Source: a virus (taxonomy: Duplodnaviria > Caudoviricetes). From it: a DNA stretch of 53,015 nt. The translations under genes and the position numbers were made by a program. Below are positions 9,152 to 18,660 of this stretch, piece by piece. Where the stretch lies: the IMG/VR virus record IMGVR_UViG_3300040806_000113, positions 1-53,015 of that record, one strand, 5' to 3'. How positions within the stretch are numbered: the stretch's first letter is position 1; every line of letters begins with the position of its first letter. The notes beneath the pieces are model-generated. The model saw only the letters and a list, made by a program, of their open reading frames with translations, was not told the DNA's origin and did no database searches.

Positions 9152-10063
9152 CTAAGAGTTGAAGTCGATTCGCCCTTCAGACCGTGCCGCGTCCAATTCG
9201 CTTTCCAGCTTTTCGAACTCGTGCGCTTTCATCTTGGCGATTTGTGAAGCTTTCCAAATCCGTTTACCGTCTGTAGTTTCAGCCTTGATTTCCCGTGCTG
9301 GGGTTTTTGTTACGGCTTCTGCTGCAGATGCAGACTTGGTTTTCTTCTTGGTAGTCGTTAAGCCTGTGTCGGCTTTGTAGAGGTCTATGACCCGTGCCGC
9401 CCATTTCACATCGGTACTGTTCTTGTAGATACCTTCTGCAATAGAGCTTGGCTGCTCTTCTAGCCATGAAAGGAACTGCTGGTCCGTTTTGATTTCATTA
9501 AAGTCGGGGTGCAATCTGAGAAGCTGCTCGTAGGCGTTTTTCTTCTCTAGGGCTTGTTCCCGTTCTTTAATCGAACCTAGTTCTTCACGTAGTTTTGCAA
9601 CCTGTGTTTCGGTCTGCATGCTTGAAACTGTTTGAACAACTTCGAAGACATCTGGATAGCGTTCCTTGAACTCTTCCAGTTCCTCTTGTGTTCGCGGTGG
9701 AGTTACGCCTCGTGGCATTTCCGCCGCATGGTTCGTCATTGTCTGGCGAAGGTTTTCGATTTCACTTTTGAACTCGTTTACCTTGTCGTCATAATGACGT
9801 TTCAAGTCGTCATACCGCTTTTTGTAGTCGTGGTCGTCCGAAGCTTCCTTCTTTTGTTCCACGAAACTATCGCCCGCTTGCTTTTGCTGAGTAGCCGCTT
9901 CTTTTTCTGCAGGGTCAGCATCTTCTTGGGCTTCTACACCCGCCTCATCTTCTTCGTCTTGGTAAACTTCATCGCGGTACTTTCCACGATATAAGTTTTC
10001 GTTGTTGACGGTTCCAAAAGAGTCGTTTGCTTTGTTGGCACGGTGGCCTCTTGCTTTTGCCAT
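9152..10063 (-). CDS. Capsid scaffolding protein
   Basis: Acidic coiled coil, 'YKKRYDDLKRH', C-terminal 'ARSEGRI'; precedes the MCP. Confidence 0.8.
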   Translation of the reverse strand: MAKARGHRANKANDSFGTVNNENLYRGKYRDEVYQDEEDEAGVEAQEDADPAEKEAATQQKQAGDSFVEQKKEASDDHDYKKRYDDLKRHYDDKVNEFKSEIENLRQTMTNHAAEMPRGVTPPRTQEELEEFKERYPDVFEVVQTVSSMQTETQVAKLREELGSIKEREQALEKKNAYEQLLRLHPDFNEIKTDQQFLSWLEEQPSSIAEGIYKNSTDVKWAARVIDLYKADTGLTTTKKKTKSASAAEAVTKTPAREIKAETTDGKRIWKASQIAKMKAHEFEKLESELDAARSEGRIDFNS

Positions 10064-10079
10064 TTTATTTACCTCACTT

Positions 10080-10146
10080 GCGGGGCCACATGGCTGTGGG
10101 TAGCCGCTCCGGTTGTGCTGGGGCCACGGGTTCGTGGGTAGCCAGC
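10080..10146 (-). promoter_or_regulatory. Tandem structured RNA hairpins in the scaffold leader
   Basis: Two copies of GG-CUAC-CCAC(loop)GUGG-CC-CC with a compensatory pair, ending just before the GAGG RBS. Confidence 0.6.
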
Positions 10147-10153
10147 GGATTCT

Positions 10154-11911
10154 TTAGGCTAGGAAACCACCTCGCGCTGCTTGGACAGGCTGCTGTCCGT
10201 TCTGTGCAATGCGCTGTTCGGTTTTCCGAATGCCTCGTTTATTAATCTTTTCTAGGCGGTCTTCGCCTATAATCTTTACTAGGTGTGGGGCGATAGTCAC
10301 TTCACCACTCGACACCGCAATGTCAATCAGGTTTGAATGCCGCTCAAAGTCTTCCGTTGAAAGACCCCTGCGAACCGCTTCCTTTTGGGCATCCATAATC
10401 ATTTTACGGATGTCTTTCTCGCCTGCATACTCTACAGCGGCGGCATTTATGATATAAGTACCCTCTTTAGCCTTCATAGGGCGGTCGTCAGCGACTTTAG
10501 CCCCGTCCGTGACCTGTGATGGCGGAGCGTCTATAAAACCGCTCTGTGAGGCTTGTACCCCTGCTGGCGGGGTTCCGAAGGCGTAGGCGTTTCTGTTTTG
10601 CGGTCTGCCGTGGGTAATCATGCCTCCGCGAGCATCACCGCCCCCGTAGCCATCACCTACAGAACCATCTGCATTGCCTGCACCATCGCTGGTTCCGCCG
10701 CCGGGACCATCATTACTATTGTCGTTACTGTTGTCATTATTGTTATCACCCCAATCTGGTGCAGAAGGTGTAGCAGGTCCGGGACCAATTCCCGGTGGGG
10801 TTGATGGGCGACTTGGTTCTGATGGCGTATCAGGGGTAGAAGGTGTACTGGTGTCGTCATCATCATACGTGTTATAATAGTCGTAATTCATACCGGGCTT
10901 TGTCGAAGCAATGCCAGAGAAATCACCCCCCGGAGGAGTGGTGTCGCCATCACCGGCACTAACATCATAACCCTCATAGCTTTGCTGTTGCTCTTTAATG
11001 GCTTCTTCCAGAGTCATAGCCCCTGTGCGGGCTTTTTGTAAAGCTGCGTCTATTTGTGCGCGAGTGAGGCCAGAAGCGTTAGCTAGAGCGTTTGCATGTT
11101 TGGTACTGCCGTAGTACGATGTTTGTCCCGTGGCTGGGTTGTAAAAGTTTCCGCTAGATGTATAGAAGCCGCTTGGAAGTCCTGCGGTAACGCCATCTCC
11201 TTGGGTATCATAACCAATAGCCATCCAGCCAGCCTGTTTAAAAGTCTGGCCTGTTTCTTTACTCATGCTGTAGCTCCTAGGGACAAAACCCTTAGACAGA
11301 GCCTCTAGCCGAATAGCATCTTCTTGTGAAAGACCTCGCATATTTCCTGTATAGGTCAAGGAACCCGGCGCACGGGTAATTCCACCGGTTCCAAAATCTA
11401 TAGCAAAACCAGTTAGGGATGACCCAGACCCGATTGCTGCAGCGATTTTATTCATGTCGTCGTATTGAATTTCGTGAACCTTATCGGCTACAAAACCCAA
11501 AGGACCGGAAGGCCGCATACTTGCGTGACCAAAAGCATTGGTTACTGTGTCACCCGTTATAAAGGAACCCATTATTTTTCCGGGTATCCCGCCCAAAGCA
11601 CCTATTGCTGTTGCAAAAACAGACTTACCAGAAAAATTAAAATCTACGCGGTCTTTGGGCTTTTGATAGGAATAGCCAGATGTATAAGAAGATGGAACAC
11701 CGAACGTCATGCTGTACATGGGGTCGCCAGCTAGGTTCTTGTCGAAGACATCTGGGCGTGTGTCATCCCTACCATTATCAGAAGCTGTGCCTGTGTCCAC
11801 AGGGTCCACGTCAACCCCTGTCCACGTTCCCAAATCGTATAGGCCATAATACTGGCTACCATAATCAATATTACCAGACAGATACTGTTCTTTAGTTAGT
11901 GCTTCAGCCAT
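10154..11911 (-). CDS. Putative internal virion protein with low-complexity linker and duplicated gpH-C-terminus-like motif
   Basis: 585 aa Gly-rich; PT/ND low-complexity tract; 'EGTYIINAAAV...G' and 'SGEVTIAP..V..IG...L..IN'. Confidence 0.6.
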   Translation of the reverse strand: MAEALTKEQYLSGNIDYGSQYYGLYDLGTWTGVDVDPVDTGTASDNGRDDTRPDVFDKNLAGDPMYSMTFGVPSSYTSGYSYQKPKDRVDFNFSGKSVFATAIGALGGIPGKIMGSFITGDTVTNAFGHASMRPSGPLGFVADKVHEIQYDDMNKIAAAIGSGSSLTGFAIDFGTGGITRAPGSLTYTGNMRGLSQEDAIRLEALSKGFVPRSYSMSKETGQTFKQAGWMAIGYDTQGDGVTAGLPSGFYTSSGNFYNPATGQTSYYGSTKHANALANASGLTRAQIDAALQKARTGAMTLEEAIKEQQQSYEGYDVSAGDGDTTPPGGDFSGIASTKPGMNYDYYNTYDDDDTSTPSTPDTPSEPSRPSTPPGIGPGPATPSAPDWGDNNNDNSNDNSNDGPGGGTSDGAGNADGSVGDGYGGGDARGGMITHGRPQNRNAYAFGTPPAGVQASQSGFIDAPPSQVTDGAKVADDRPMKAKEGTYIINAAAVEYAGEKDIRKMIMDAQKEAVRRGLSTEDFERHSNLIDIAVSSGEVTIAPHLVKIIGEDRLEKINKRGIRKTEQRIAQNGQQPVQAARGGFLA

Positions 11912-12128
11912 TTTTTACAATTGCCTCGTGGTTAACCTTCAGTTGAAGGAGGGTTTCCAGTAAAGCCGCTTTCCCCTGCAGTTGGCGCAGTTCCGACTCC
12001 GATTGTGCCGTTACCAGACCCCTGTAAGTCTGTTCCTTCAGGACTTGGAGATACGCCTCCAGCCCCTGCCATATCTGCGGCTGGGCCAGCAGCGGCCCCA
12101 CCAGCTTCGCCTGTTCCTTGCTGTACAT
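11904..12128 (-). CDS. Small conserved protein overlapping the portal 3' end
   Basis: 'ELRQLQGKAALLETLLQLK' helix typical of the post-portal gene; its stop couples to the next start. Confidence 0.6.
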   Translation of the reverse strand: MYSKEQAKLVGPLLAQPQIWQGLEAYLQVLKEQTYRGLVTAQSESELRQLQGKAALLETLLQLKVNHEAIVKNG

Positions 12129-14058
12129 TTGCCATCATTCCTTTTAACATCTGTGCGTAGAGTTGTGCTTGGTTGGCATCGTTGACTAGGCTGTCTGGGT
12201 CGATATCTTGGGAGATAGCTAGTTCCCGCATCAGGTTAGGTATCTTGATGAACGGTGCCAGCATCGGGTTCGCAACGGTTTGCAACAGGGATGTCAAGCG
12301 TTGTGTGCGAACCTCTTTTTGCATCACGGCTGCAACACCGCGAGGCTTGATTTCCAAGTCGCCTTGGATATCTTCGGCATCTTCATTGAACTGCATGTTC
12401 CATTGGAAATAGGCTTCGCCTAAGGGCTTCAAGAGCATGTCGTCGATGTTCTTGATGACAGTCTTCATGGAGAGACCAGCAGAACCCATCAACATAGAGA
12501 GACCAGCGGCGGTTCGTCCGGTTCCAGATACGCCTGTTTGACCGTGCATGATTGATGGGATGCCCGTCTCTTCATCAGCAAGCTGACGACTAATCTGGTA
12601 CATCTGCAGGTTTTCCCCCGCCGTGTTCGGAAACTTCAAGCCGTTAATGGCTGTTCCGGTAACACCAGACTGGCGACGGAAGATTTTGCCGGGGAAAATA
12701 TCCATGTTCTGTCCCGGTACGAGACTAGCTTCATCCACGTCAAAAACAAGGTTGCCAGCAAGAGCCAAGTTGTCGATAGCCATGCGAACATGACCGTTCA
12801 TCAACTTCTGAGCATCTTCCATATTTTCCGCTACACCAACGCCCCAAAGCTGATAAGGATTAACTTCGTAAGGGAACACTTGGAACGGAATACGGGCTGG
12901 TGTGAACGGGTTTAGGACACAGCGAATAACCATGTTTCCGCAAACCCAGACATTAACCTGTAGTTCGTCGAACTCTGACATCTCGTCAGCTTCAGGAAGA
13001 CCTGCTTCGTAGGCCATCTTGGAATCCAAGACACCCCAATACTCTAGAACCTCGTAACGGTTACCCTGATAATAGGGTTCTGTTTCATCTTCGCGAATAG
13101 TGTCTTCGTAATACTTGTCCTCGTAATTAGGACCTTTGGCAAGACACTCTTCAACAGCCTCTGAAATAAAGTGAGGACGCTTTATAAGCGCACGAAGCTG
13201 TTGGCGATTCATGCGGTGACGTTGAATAACATATTCGCAGTCTTCGATGCTAGTAGCAGATGGGTCAGGGTGGAAATCCCACACAGACACCATTTCAATC
13301 CGTGGAACGGTCTTTTCTTCTGGGTTGTAAAAGCGTTCGCCGTTTTCGTCGCGTTCCCATTTGTGAACACGCTTGAAGAAATTAAAGGGACCTTTTACGA
13401 TACCCGTACCCAAAAGGGCCGATTCAAACACAGCGTTACGCATAACGTTGACTGCGTTCGTGTCGGTTAGCTGGTCGTGAATAACTTTTTCCATTCGAAG
13501 GGCTGCTTCTTGGGCAGGGCTAATCTGAGGTTCGCCCATCCGTGCCGGACCCGCTGCCAAGGGAATACCCTCGTACTTCTTCTGAAGGCCACCAAGAAAG
13601 TCGCCGCCCGGTTTTGCTTGCAATGCACCCGGAGCCAGTTCGCGACCATCACCTTTAAACCCATAGGGGTCTTGAGGTTGCATCTGGTCCAAAGGGGTTT
13701 CCATGTGAGCAAACTCCGCGATACCTTCTGGTACGGGAGTGGCTTCCACAACAAGAGGAAACTTCTTGTTTGCGAACAGGATGTCGATGATTTGACCAAA
13801 CGCTGCAAGAACCTTTGTCTTGGTAATACGAACAAAGACCTTCGACCGTTCTGAATCACGGTATTGGGTCGTTGAATCGTAGATACCCCTGAAGTTCTTG
13901 TAGGCTTGGAGCCAACGCTGTTCGTGGGCGTATCGCCCGTTCTCAGCATCTTCGAACCGTGACTTTACATACGCAGCCAGCCCCGGCATTTGCTCTTCTG
14001 GGGCGTGAACCGAAACAGTAGTGTCGTCGGCTGGTTGGAGAAAGTTATCTTCTGACAT
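11932..14058 (-). CDS. Portal protein
   Basis: 708 aa; 'ITKTKVLAA', 'LGTGIVKGP', 'WDFHPDP', 'WGVGVAE...Q', 'RTAAGLSML'. Confidence 0.9.
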   Translation of the reverse strand: MSEDNFLQPADDTTVSVHAPEEQMPGLAAYVKSRFEDAENGRYAHEQRWLQAYKNFRGIYDSTTQYRDSERSKVFVRITKTKVLAAFGQIIDILFANKKFPLVVEATPVPEGIAEFAHMETPLDQMQPQDPYGFKGDGRELAPGALQAKPGGDFLGGLQKKYEGIPLAAGPARMGEPQISPAQEAALRMEKVIHDQLTDTNAVNVMRNAVFESALLGTGIVKGPFNFFKRVHKWERDENGERFYNPEEKTVPRIEMVSVWDFHPDPSATSIEDCEYVIQRHRMNRQQLRALIKRPHFISEAVEECLAKGPNYEDKYYEDTIREDETEPYYQGNRYEVLEYWGVLDSKMAYEAGLPEADEMSEFDELQVNVWVCGNMVIRCVLNPFTPARIPFQVFPYEVNPYQLWGVGVAENMEDAQKLMNGHVRMAIDNLALAGNLVFDVDEASLVPGQNMDIFPGKIFRRQSGVTGTAINGLKFPNTAGENLQMYQISRQLADEETGIPSIMHGQTGVSGTGRTAAGLSMLMGSAGLSMKTVIKNIDDMLLKPLGEAYFQWNMQFNEDAEDIQGDLEIKPRGVAAVMQKEVRTQRLTSLLQTVANPMLAPFIKIPNLMRELAISQDIDPDSLVNDANQAQLYAQMLKGMMANVQQGTGEAGGAAAGPAADMAGAGGVSPSPEGTDLQGSGNGTIGVGTAPTAGESGFTGNPPSTEG

Positions 14059-14064
14059 CTGATT

Positions 14065-14271
14065 TTAGTAGTCGCGTTCTTCAGCCATTTTCATAACTGA
14101 GGGGTCCACTGCCGTTTTAGTCATTTTCTTCGGCATGTCCTCAGTCAGAACGCCTTGCTTTGCCATTGTGTTGAACTCAAGACCTTCACGATACAGCTTG
14201 GCTGCACCACCTTGGTCGTCAATTGACGTTTTGTCGGAGTTCATAATGTAAGCGGCACCCATCTTATCCAT
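14065..14271 (-). CDS. Hypothetical protein
   Basis: AAGGAG RBS; 68 aa between the recombinase-like gene and the portal. Confidence 0.6.
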   Translation of the reverse strand: MDKMGAAYIMNSDKTSIDDQGGAAKLYREGLEFNTMAKQGVLTEDMPKKMTKTAVDPSVMKMAEERDY

Positions 14272-14281
14272 GGTACTCTCC

Positions 14282-16345
14282 TTATCTAGATAAAAAGCCT
14301 TCGTCTCTTACAGGGGCGGCTTCAGGAACCCTGCTTGGTTCTGGGATAAATCCCGTATCTTCTCTGGCAATACGTGCCATGTCTGTTCGTGACGTTCCCT
14401 GCTCTACTTCGGGGGCTGGGATGAAGTCTTGTCCGGCGTAGGGGCCAGCGGGTTCGAGGGGCTGGTCTTCTGGGCGGAGTTCGCCGGAAGCTAGTTCGCT
14501 AGGAGCGAGCATCATCGGAACTGCAGCGGCGGGGGCAGCAGCAAGACCCAAAGCCCGTGCGCCTACCTCCATACCAACTTCTGCAGCAAACGCAGCAGGT
14601 TCTTGAACCGCTTGGCGAACCGTTTCTATAGCTAATGCGCCACCTACTACCTTGAGAGTTTTCTTGCCAAAGTTATTAATCAAATTATTGAAGTCGATAC
14701 CATTACGGTCTAAGAAACCTTTTGTAGTGTCGGATAAGTCATCAAATGTCTTTGGTTCGGGGGATGTGCTGGTTGGTTTTGAAACAGGAACCTCTTCGCG
14801 AACCGGAAGGTCAAAATAACCTTCGTATCCTGCGGTTTGGGTCGTGATGCGAGTTTCTGGCATCGGGATTTTGGATTGGATATCAAAACCGGCTTCTGCT
14901 GCAGATTTGCCATAAAACGATGACACTTGTGAAGAGAACTCTCTATCTACATCAGATACCTCTCCCGGAAATGCTTTTTGATAACCCGCCAGTTCTCCTG
15001 TAGAACCTTTTGATGCAGCCTTTAAACTACGTCCTTGTAGATATGCTGTTCGTTCTTGAGGTATACCTAGAGATAAAGCAACAGATGAATGTACATTACG
15101 AAGAAGAGGAGAGCCTGTTTTGCCCGGCCCATTTTCTGGATGAAGAGAGTCGTAAAACTTTTTGGTGGATTGGTCGTACATTATCTGAGGGACTTTTACA
15201 GTTCTCAGTATTTTATTTATGTCATCTGTTTTAACTTGTGCGCCTGTTGACTTAGTAAAAAACCTGTCTCCGGGTTTTTTGCCCTGTAGCAATTCTTGCA
15301 AAATAGAATCAGCAACGGGATTTAAAGGTATATTAACCGCACGACCTTTAGCACCCTGCACATCAGCTTCGATGTAAACTGCTCCGGTGTCTGGAAAATA
15401 CTTATCTAAAGTAAGATTTAATACAGCATTAGGTCGCAGACCCGTATTTAAATTGAACAGAATAGCCAATGCTGCAGGTCTAGTTTCAGGGTTATCTAAA
15501 AATTGGGACACCCCTTCAAACAGTCTTGCTTGTTTTTTAGGGTCAGAACTAATTGCTATTTGGGCTTCTGATTTGGGTGGTTCTGCTCTACCAAAGATAC
15601 GTTTGTTTAAGGCTGTATCGGGCTTCTCATCAGGTAGCAACTTGTATTCTGGTGTATCAGGACCTGTTTTTTCTTTAAGAAGAATGCCTACCTGTCTGAG
15701 ATTCTGCATCGCAGCCTTGATAGGCGCATTTTCGTCAAGGCTGGTAAATGTTTTAGATAAAAGAGTGCGACCTTCGGCATCTTTTTCAAACAATCGTAAA
15801 GCTGAACCGGGTTCATCAGCTATTTCTTTAAAATACTGGATAGTAGGCCCAACAAAGTCTTTACGCTTAGATTTTTCAGCGTAAGCTTGGGCAACTTCAC
15901 GGAGAGTAGCGGTTTTGGGGTCGAGGTCAGCCACGGGTTTCTTTGATTCACCTTTAAATTTAAGAGGACTAAGAGGGTCTTTATCTGTTAAACGATTAAT
16001 ATAAATGTCTTCGTCGTCTACATTAATCCACTTAGCAAGTTTTGGGTCTTGCTTAGATGTAGCTTTATACATATAGCCTGCTGTAGCTTCTTGACTATAT
16101 AGCCGTAAGATTTCTTCTTTTGAAACGCCTCTACTAGAAGGTCTTAACTCATCGCCTTGATAAATATCATAGACATCGCCACGCTTCCTTATTTCTTGAA
16201 TATTACCCTTTGTTTGCTTGCCACCAGACCCTTTTTCATTTTTCATAAACCCAATAACAATAAAAGGTTTATCTAAGTCGGCTTCTGTTATAGGCTTACT
16301 GGCAAGACTATTTTCTTTTACAAACTTTATATCGTCGTTTGCCAT
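14282..16345 (-). CDS. Tyrosine-recombinase-domain protein (atypical active site) with long extensions
   Basis: 'LNTGLRP' (box I Arg), 'AKGRAVNIPL' (Lys), 'LLRNVHS' (box II Arg), 'YLQGR' (LGH position), 'LAGY' (Tyr). Confidence 0.7.
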   Translation of the reverse strand: MANDDIKFVKENSLASKPITEADLDKPFIVIGFMKNEKGSGGKQTKGNIQEIRKRGDVYDIYQGDELRPSSRGVSKEEILRLYSQEATAGYMYKATSKQDPKLAKWINVDDEDIYINRLTDKDPLSPLKFKGESKKPVADLDPKTATLREVAQAYAEKSKRKDFVGPTIQYFKEIADEPGSALRLFEKDAEGRTLLSKTFTSLDENAPIKAAMQNLRQVGILLKEKTGPDTPEYKLLPDEKPDTALNKRIFGRAEPPKSEAQIAISSDPKKQARLFEGVSQFLDNPETRPAALAILFNLNTGLRPNAVLNLTLDKYFPDTGAVYIEADVQGAKGRAVNIPLNPVADSILQELLQGKKPGDRFFTKSTGAQVKTDDINKILRTVKVPQIMYDQSTKKFYDSLHPENGPGKTGSPLLRNVHSSVALSLGIPQERTAYLQGRSLKAASKGSTGELAGYQKAFPGEVSDVDREFSSQVSSFYGKSAAEAGFDIQSKIPMPETRITTQTAGYEGYFDLPVREEVPVSKPTSTSPEPKTFDDLSDTTKGFLDRNGIDFNNLINNFGKKTLKVVGGALAIETVRQAVQEPAAFAAEVGMEVGARALGLAAAPAAAVPMMLAPSELASGELRPEDQPLEPAGPYAGQDFIPAPEVEQGTSRTDMARIAREDTGFIPEPSRVPEAAPVRDEGFLSR

Positions 16346-16348
16346 AGG

Positions 16349-18070
16349 TTAATATCCAAAGGTAGCATCATAAGGTTTAAAGGTCTGGTCCTTTATCCCC
16401 TGAAGCGTTTTATGTATAGATTGATAACCAGATGTTCGCGTCATAACCATATATCGCAACGCATCATAGGCATGGTCCTCTGCTCGCGTGTCTACATCTT
16501 CGCTGTTAGTTTTGGAGAGTGGAATGCCTGATAGCTGTGCAATGATATGCTTACAAGTGGAAAAAATCCGCATACGGGGTTCTTTGGAGTACGGGTCGTC
16601 AGCAAGCCGCCTGTGTAGTTCCATTTTTCCTTGAAGACGGTTGCGGTCTGAGGGAGTCCACCTAACCCCGGACCTCATCATAGTTTCTGCGATAGAAGGT
16701 CCGAATCCGGTTTTGTTCCAGCAGGAAGAGTCCAAGACCGTGTAGTGTGGTGTAGGGTCTAACTCTTCACATTCTAATATTTTATCAGCTAATTGTTCTG
16801 CTGTCAAGTGTTTTACGTATAATTCGCGATAAACCCAAATATTGTTATCCCAGTCAATAGCACCCCACAGAACACACGACGGCGACGAGTAGCCGTAGTC
16901 GGCGGCTCGTATGCGGGGCCAGTTCGTGGGAAGGTCAAAATGTTCGACCACATGTCGTGTCCTCGAAAACTCTGGGAAGGCCGCTCCCTCTGCCACATCC
17001 CAATCCCCTTCGAGAAGTCGTCTACGCTCGACTTCTGGGAGTGACCGAAGCATGGCCTCGTACTGACCATCTGCCATCAGGAAGGGGTTATCTGTCAGCC
17101 GTGCTGGGATAAACTTGCGGTAGAACAGAGGCTGACCTGCTTTTGGGTGATTTTCAGGCCACACGAAAGTACGGCCTGTCTCTAGGTCCTTGGCCCCGAA
17201 CGCCTTGTTGGGTTCATGGGCATCAATGTACATTTTCTTAACCCACCAGCCGCCAACACCACCGGGGTTCGCTGTGCAGCGCATGGTCAGGTTTGTCTGT
17301 AACTCAGGGTCTGTAGAACGTAGACGGGAACGAAGATAGTCCCAAACGTAACTCGTTGGGTATTGGGTTATTTCATCTATGCCAATCCAGTTGAACGCCT
17401 GTCCCTGAAAACGGGTAACGTCTTTGTCCCTGTCGAGATAGGTGAACCACATGGTTGCACCAGACGGGAACACCCACGTTGACTTTGACTCACGGAAGAT
17501 GGCTCCGGGAAAAGCCTTGGGGTATAGCTGCTTCGACTTGTCGATGAGTTCGGTTAGCTCGTCTAACGTGCGGCGGAGAAGAAGTCCACGATGATTAGCA
17601 TTGTGACAATAGCGTAGGGGGTCAGCAAGTAGAGCAAACGACTTGCCTCCGCCAGCGGCTCCCCCATAGAGTACATCTTGTTCAGGGGCAGAAAGGAAAT
17701 CTTCTTGAGGCCCCTCGTTAGGTTTGAATATAATAGGCGTGTCATCAATTAGGTCCGTTACGGCTTTGGGTAGTACGTCTAAATCACCAGCGTCTATAAC
17801 GCGGGTCTTGTTGCCGTTCATGGCGTTTTCAATGTTCTTGGCAGCGGTAGTCAGGTCCTTGACCTTTTTGCGCTTGCGAGCAACACGGGTTTCTTCTCGC
17901 TGTTGTTGCTTCTTTGCATTCCGCAACTTCATCTGTACGGAACGCCGCGCACGTTCCCTGTCACTTATATTGTGCGTGGTTTTTGATTCACCGGGTCTTT
18001 TCTTAGGTCTTCCGACCTTGCCTAAGTCTTCTGGGTTCGGGGGGACTAGAACTCTTTTGCGTGGGGCCAC
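16349..18070 (-). CDS. terL: Terminase large subunit
   Basis: Walker A 'YGGAAGGGKS', Walker B 'IGIDE', 'TANPGG', nuclease 'ADYG' and 'DHAYDALRY'; start uncertain (GTG 18070). Confidence 0.93.
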   Translation of the reverse strand: MAPRKRVLVPPNPEDLGKVGRPKKRPGESKTTHNISDRERARRSVQMKLRNAKKQQQREETRVARKRKKVKDLTTAAKNIENAMNGNKTRVIDAGDLDVLPKAVTDLIDDTPIIFKPNEGPQEDFLSAPEQDVLYGGAAGGGKSFALLADPLRYCHNANHRGLLLRRTLDELTELIDKSKQLYPKAFPGAIFRESKSTWVFPSGATMWFTYLDRDKDVTRFQGQAFNWIGIDEITQYPTSYVWDYLRSRLRSTDPELQTNLTMRCTANPGGVGGWWVKKMYIDAHEPNKAFGAKDLETGRTFVWPENHPKAGQPLFYRKFIPARLTDNPFLMADGQYEAMLRSLPEVERRRLLEGDWDVAEGAAFPEFSRTRHVVEHFDLPTNWPRIRAADYGYSSPSCVLWGAIDWDNNIWVYRELYVKHLTAEQLADKILECEELDPTPHYTVLDSSCWNKTGFGPSIAETMMRSGVRWTPSDRNRLQGKMELHRRLADDPYSKEPRMRIFSTCKHIIAQLSGIPLSKTNSEDVDTRAEDHAYDALRYMVMTRTSGYQSIHKTLQGIKDQTFKPYDATFGY

Positions 18071-18077
18071 TGTATAC

Positions 18078-18275
18078 CTATGGCTTTTCTGAACTGGCTG
18101 ATGCTGAACGCCCACGGCTTTCTTTTTTGTTTGCTTTGTCCCACATTTTTAATCCAGCAGCAATATCATCTTTATCATCTCCATATACACGAGAAAGATG
18201 ATTATAAGCTTGTTCTCTACTCATTTTAGTAAAATCAGTAAAGAAGTCTTTTGTGGCCTGATATGCAGATTCCAT
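18078..18275 (-). CDS. Hypothetical protein
   Basis: 65 aa, ends 'RGRSASASSEKP'. Confidence 0.5.
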   Translation of the reverse strand: MESAYQATKDFFTDFTKMSREQAYNHLSRVYGDDKDDIAAGLKMWDKANKKESRGRSASASSEKP

Positions 18276-18279
18276 GACC

Positions 18280-18645
18280 TTAATCCTTATTGCCCATTGC
18301 TTTGCGACCACGGCAAGAAGACATCTTCTTCACACCGCCCTTTTTGGTGCCGTATGCGTAGCCGCGAACTTTGCCGCCCTTGGCTAGTGCGCCTTCTTTA
18401 TTTTGACCGCCCATATTTTCTACTTCTTTAGTAGTAGCACTGTTAAAGCGACGAACACGTTCTTTAATAAACTTATTTCTAGCTATACTGCCCATGCTGC
18501 CTAGCTTTGTGCGCTCTGCTTTTTTTTGTTCAGGACTCAAGGTTTTTATAAATGCCTTGTATTGTTCCATTACATCTTCTGACGGAGGCTTCATACCCTT
18601 GCTACTGTTTAATAGCTGGTCTCCAATGTTGTCAAACATTCCCAT
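18280..18645 (-). CDS. Basic protein with AKGG/YAYG/GRKA motifs
   Basis: GAAGGA RBS; 121 aa. Confidence 0.6.
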   Translation of the reverse strand: MGMFDNIGDQLLNSSKGMKPPSEDVMEQYKAFIKTLSPEQKKAERTKLGSMGSIARNKFIKERVRRFNSATTKEVENMGGQNKEGALAKGGKVRGYAYGTKKGGVKKMSSCRGRKAMGNKD

Positions 18646-18660
18646 AGTCTCGTTCCTTCT

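Noticed and set aside
14282-16345. Conventional lysogeny integrase or prophage boundary
   Set aside because: No host genes, attP/tRNA fragment or CI-like repressor recognised; active site atypical; late-module location
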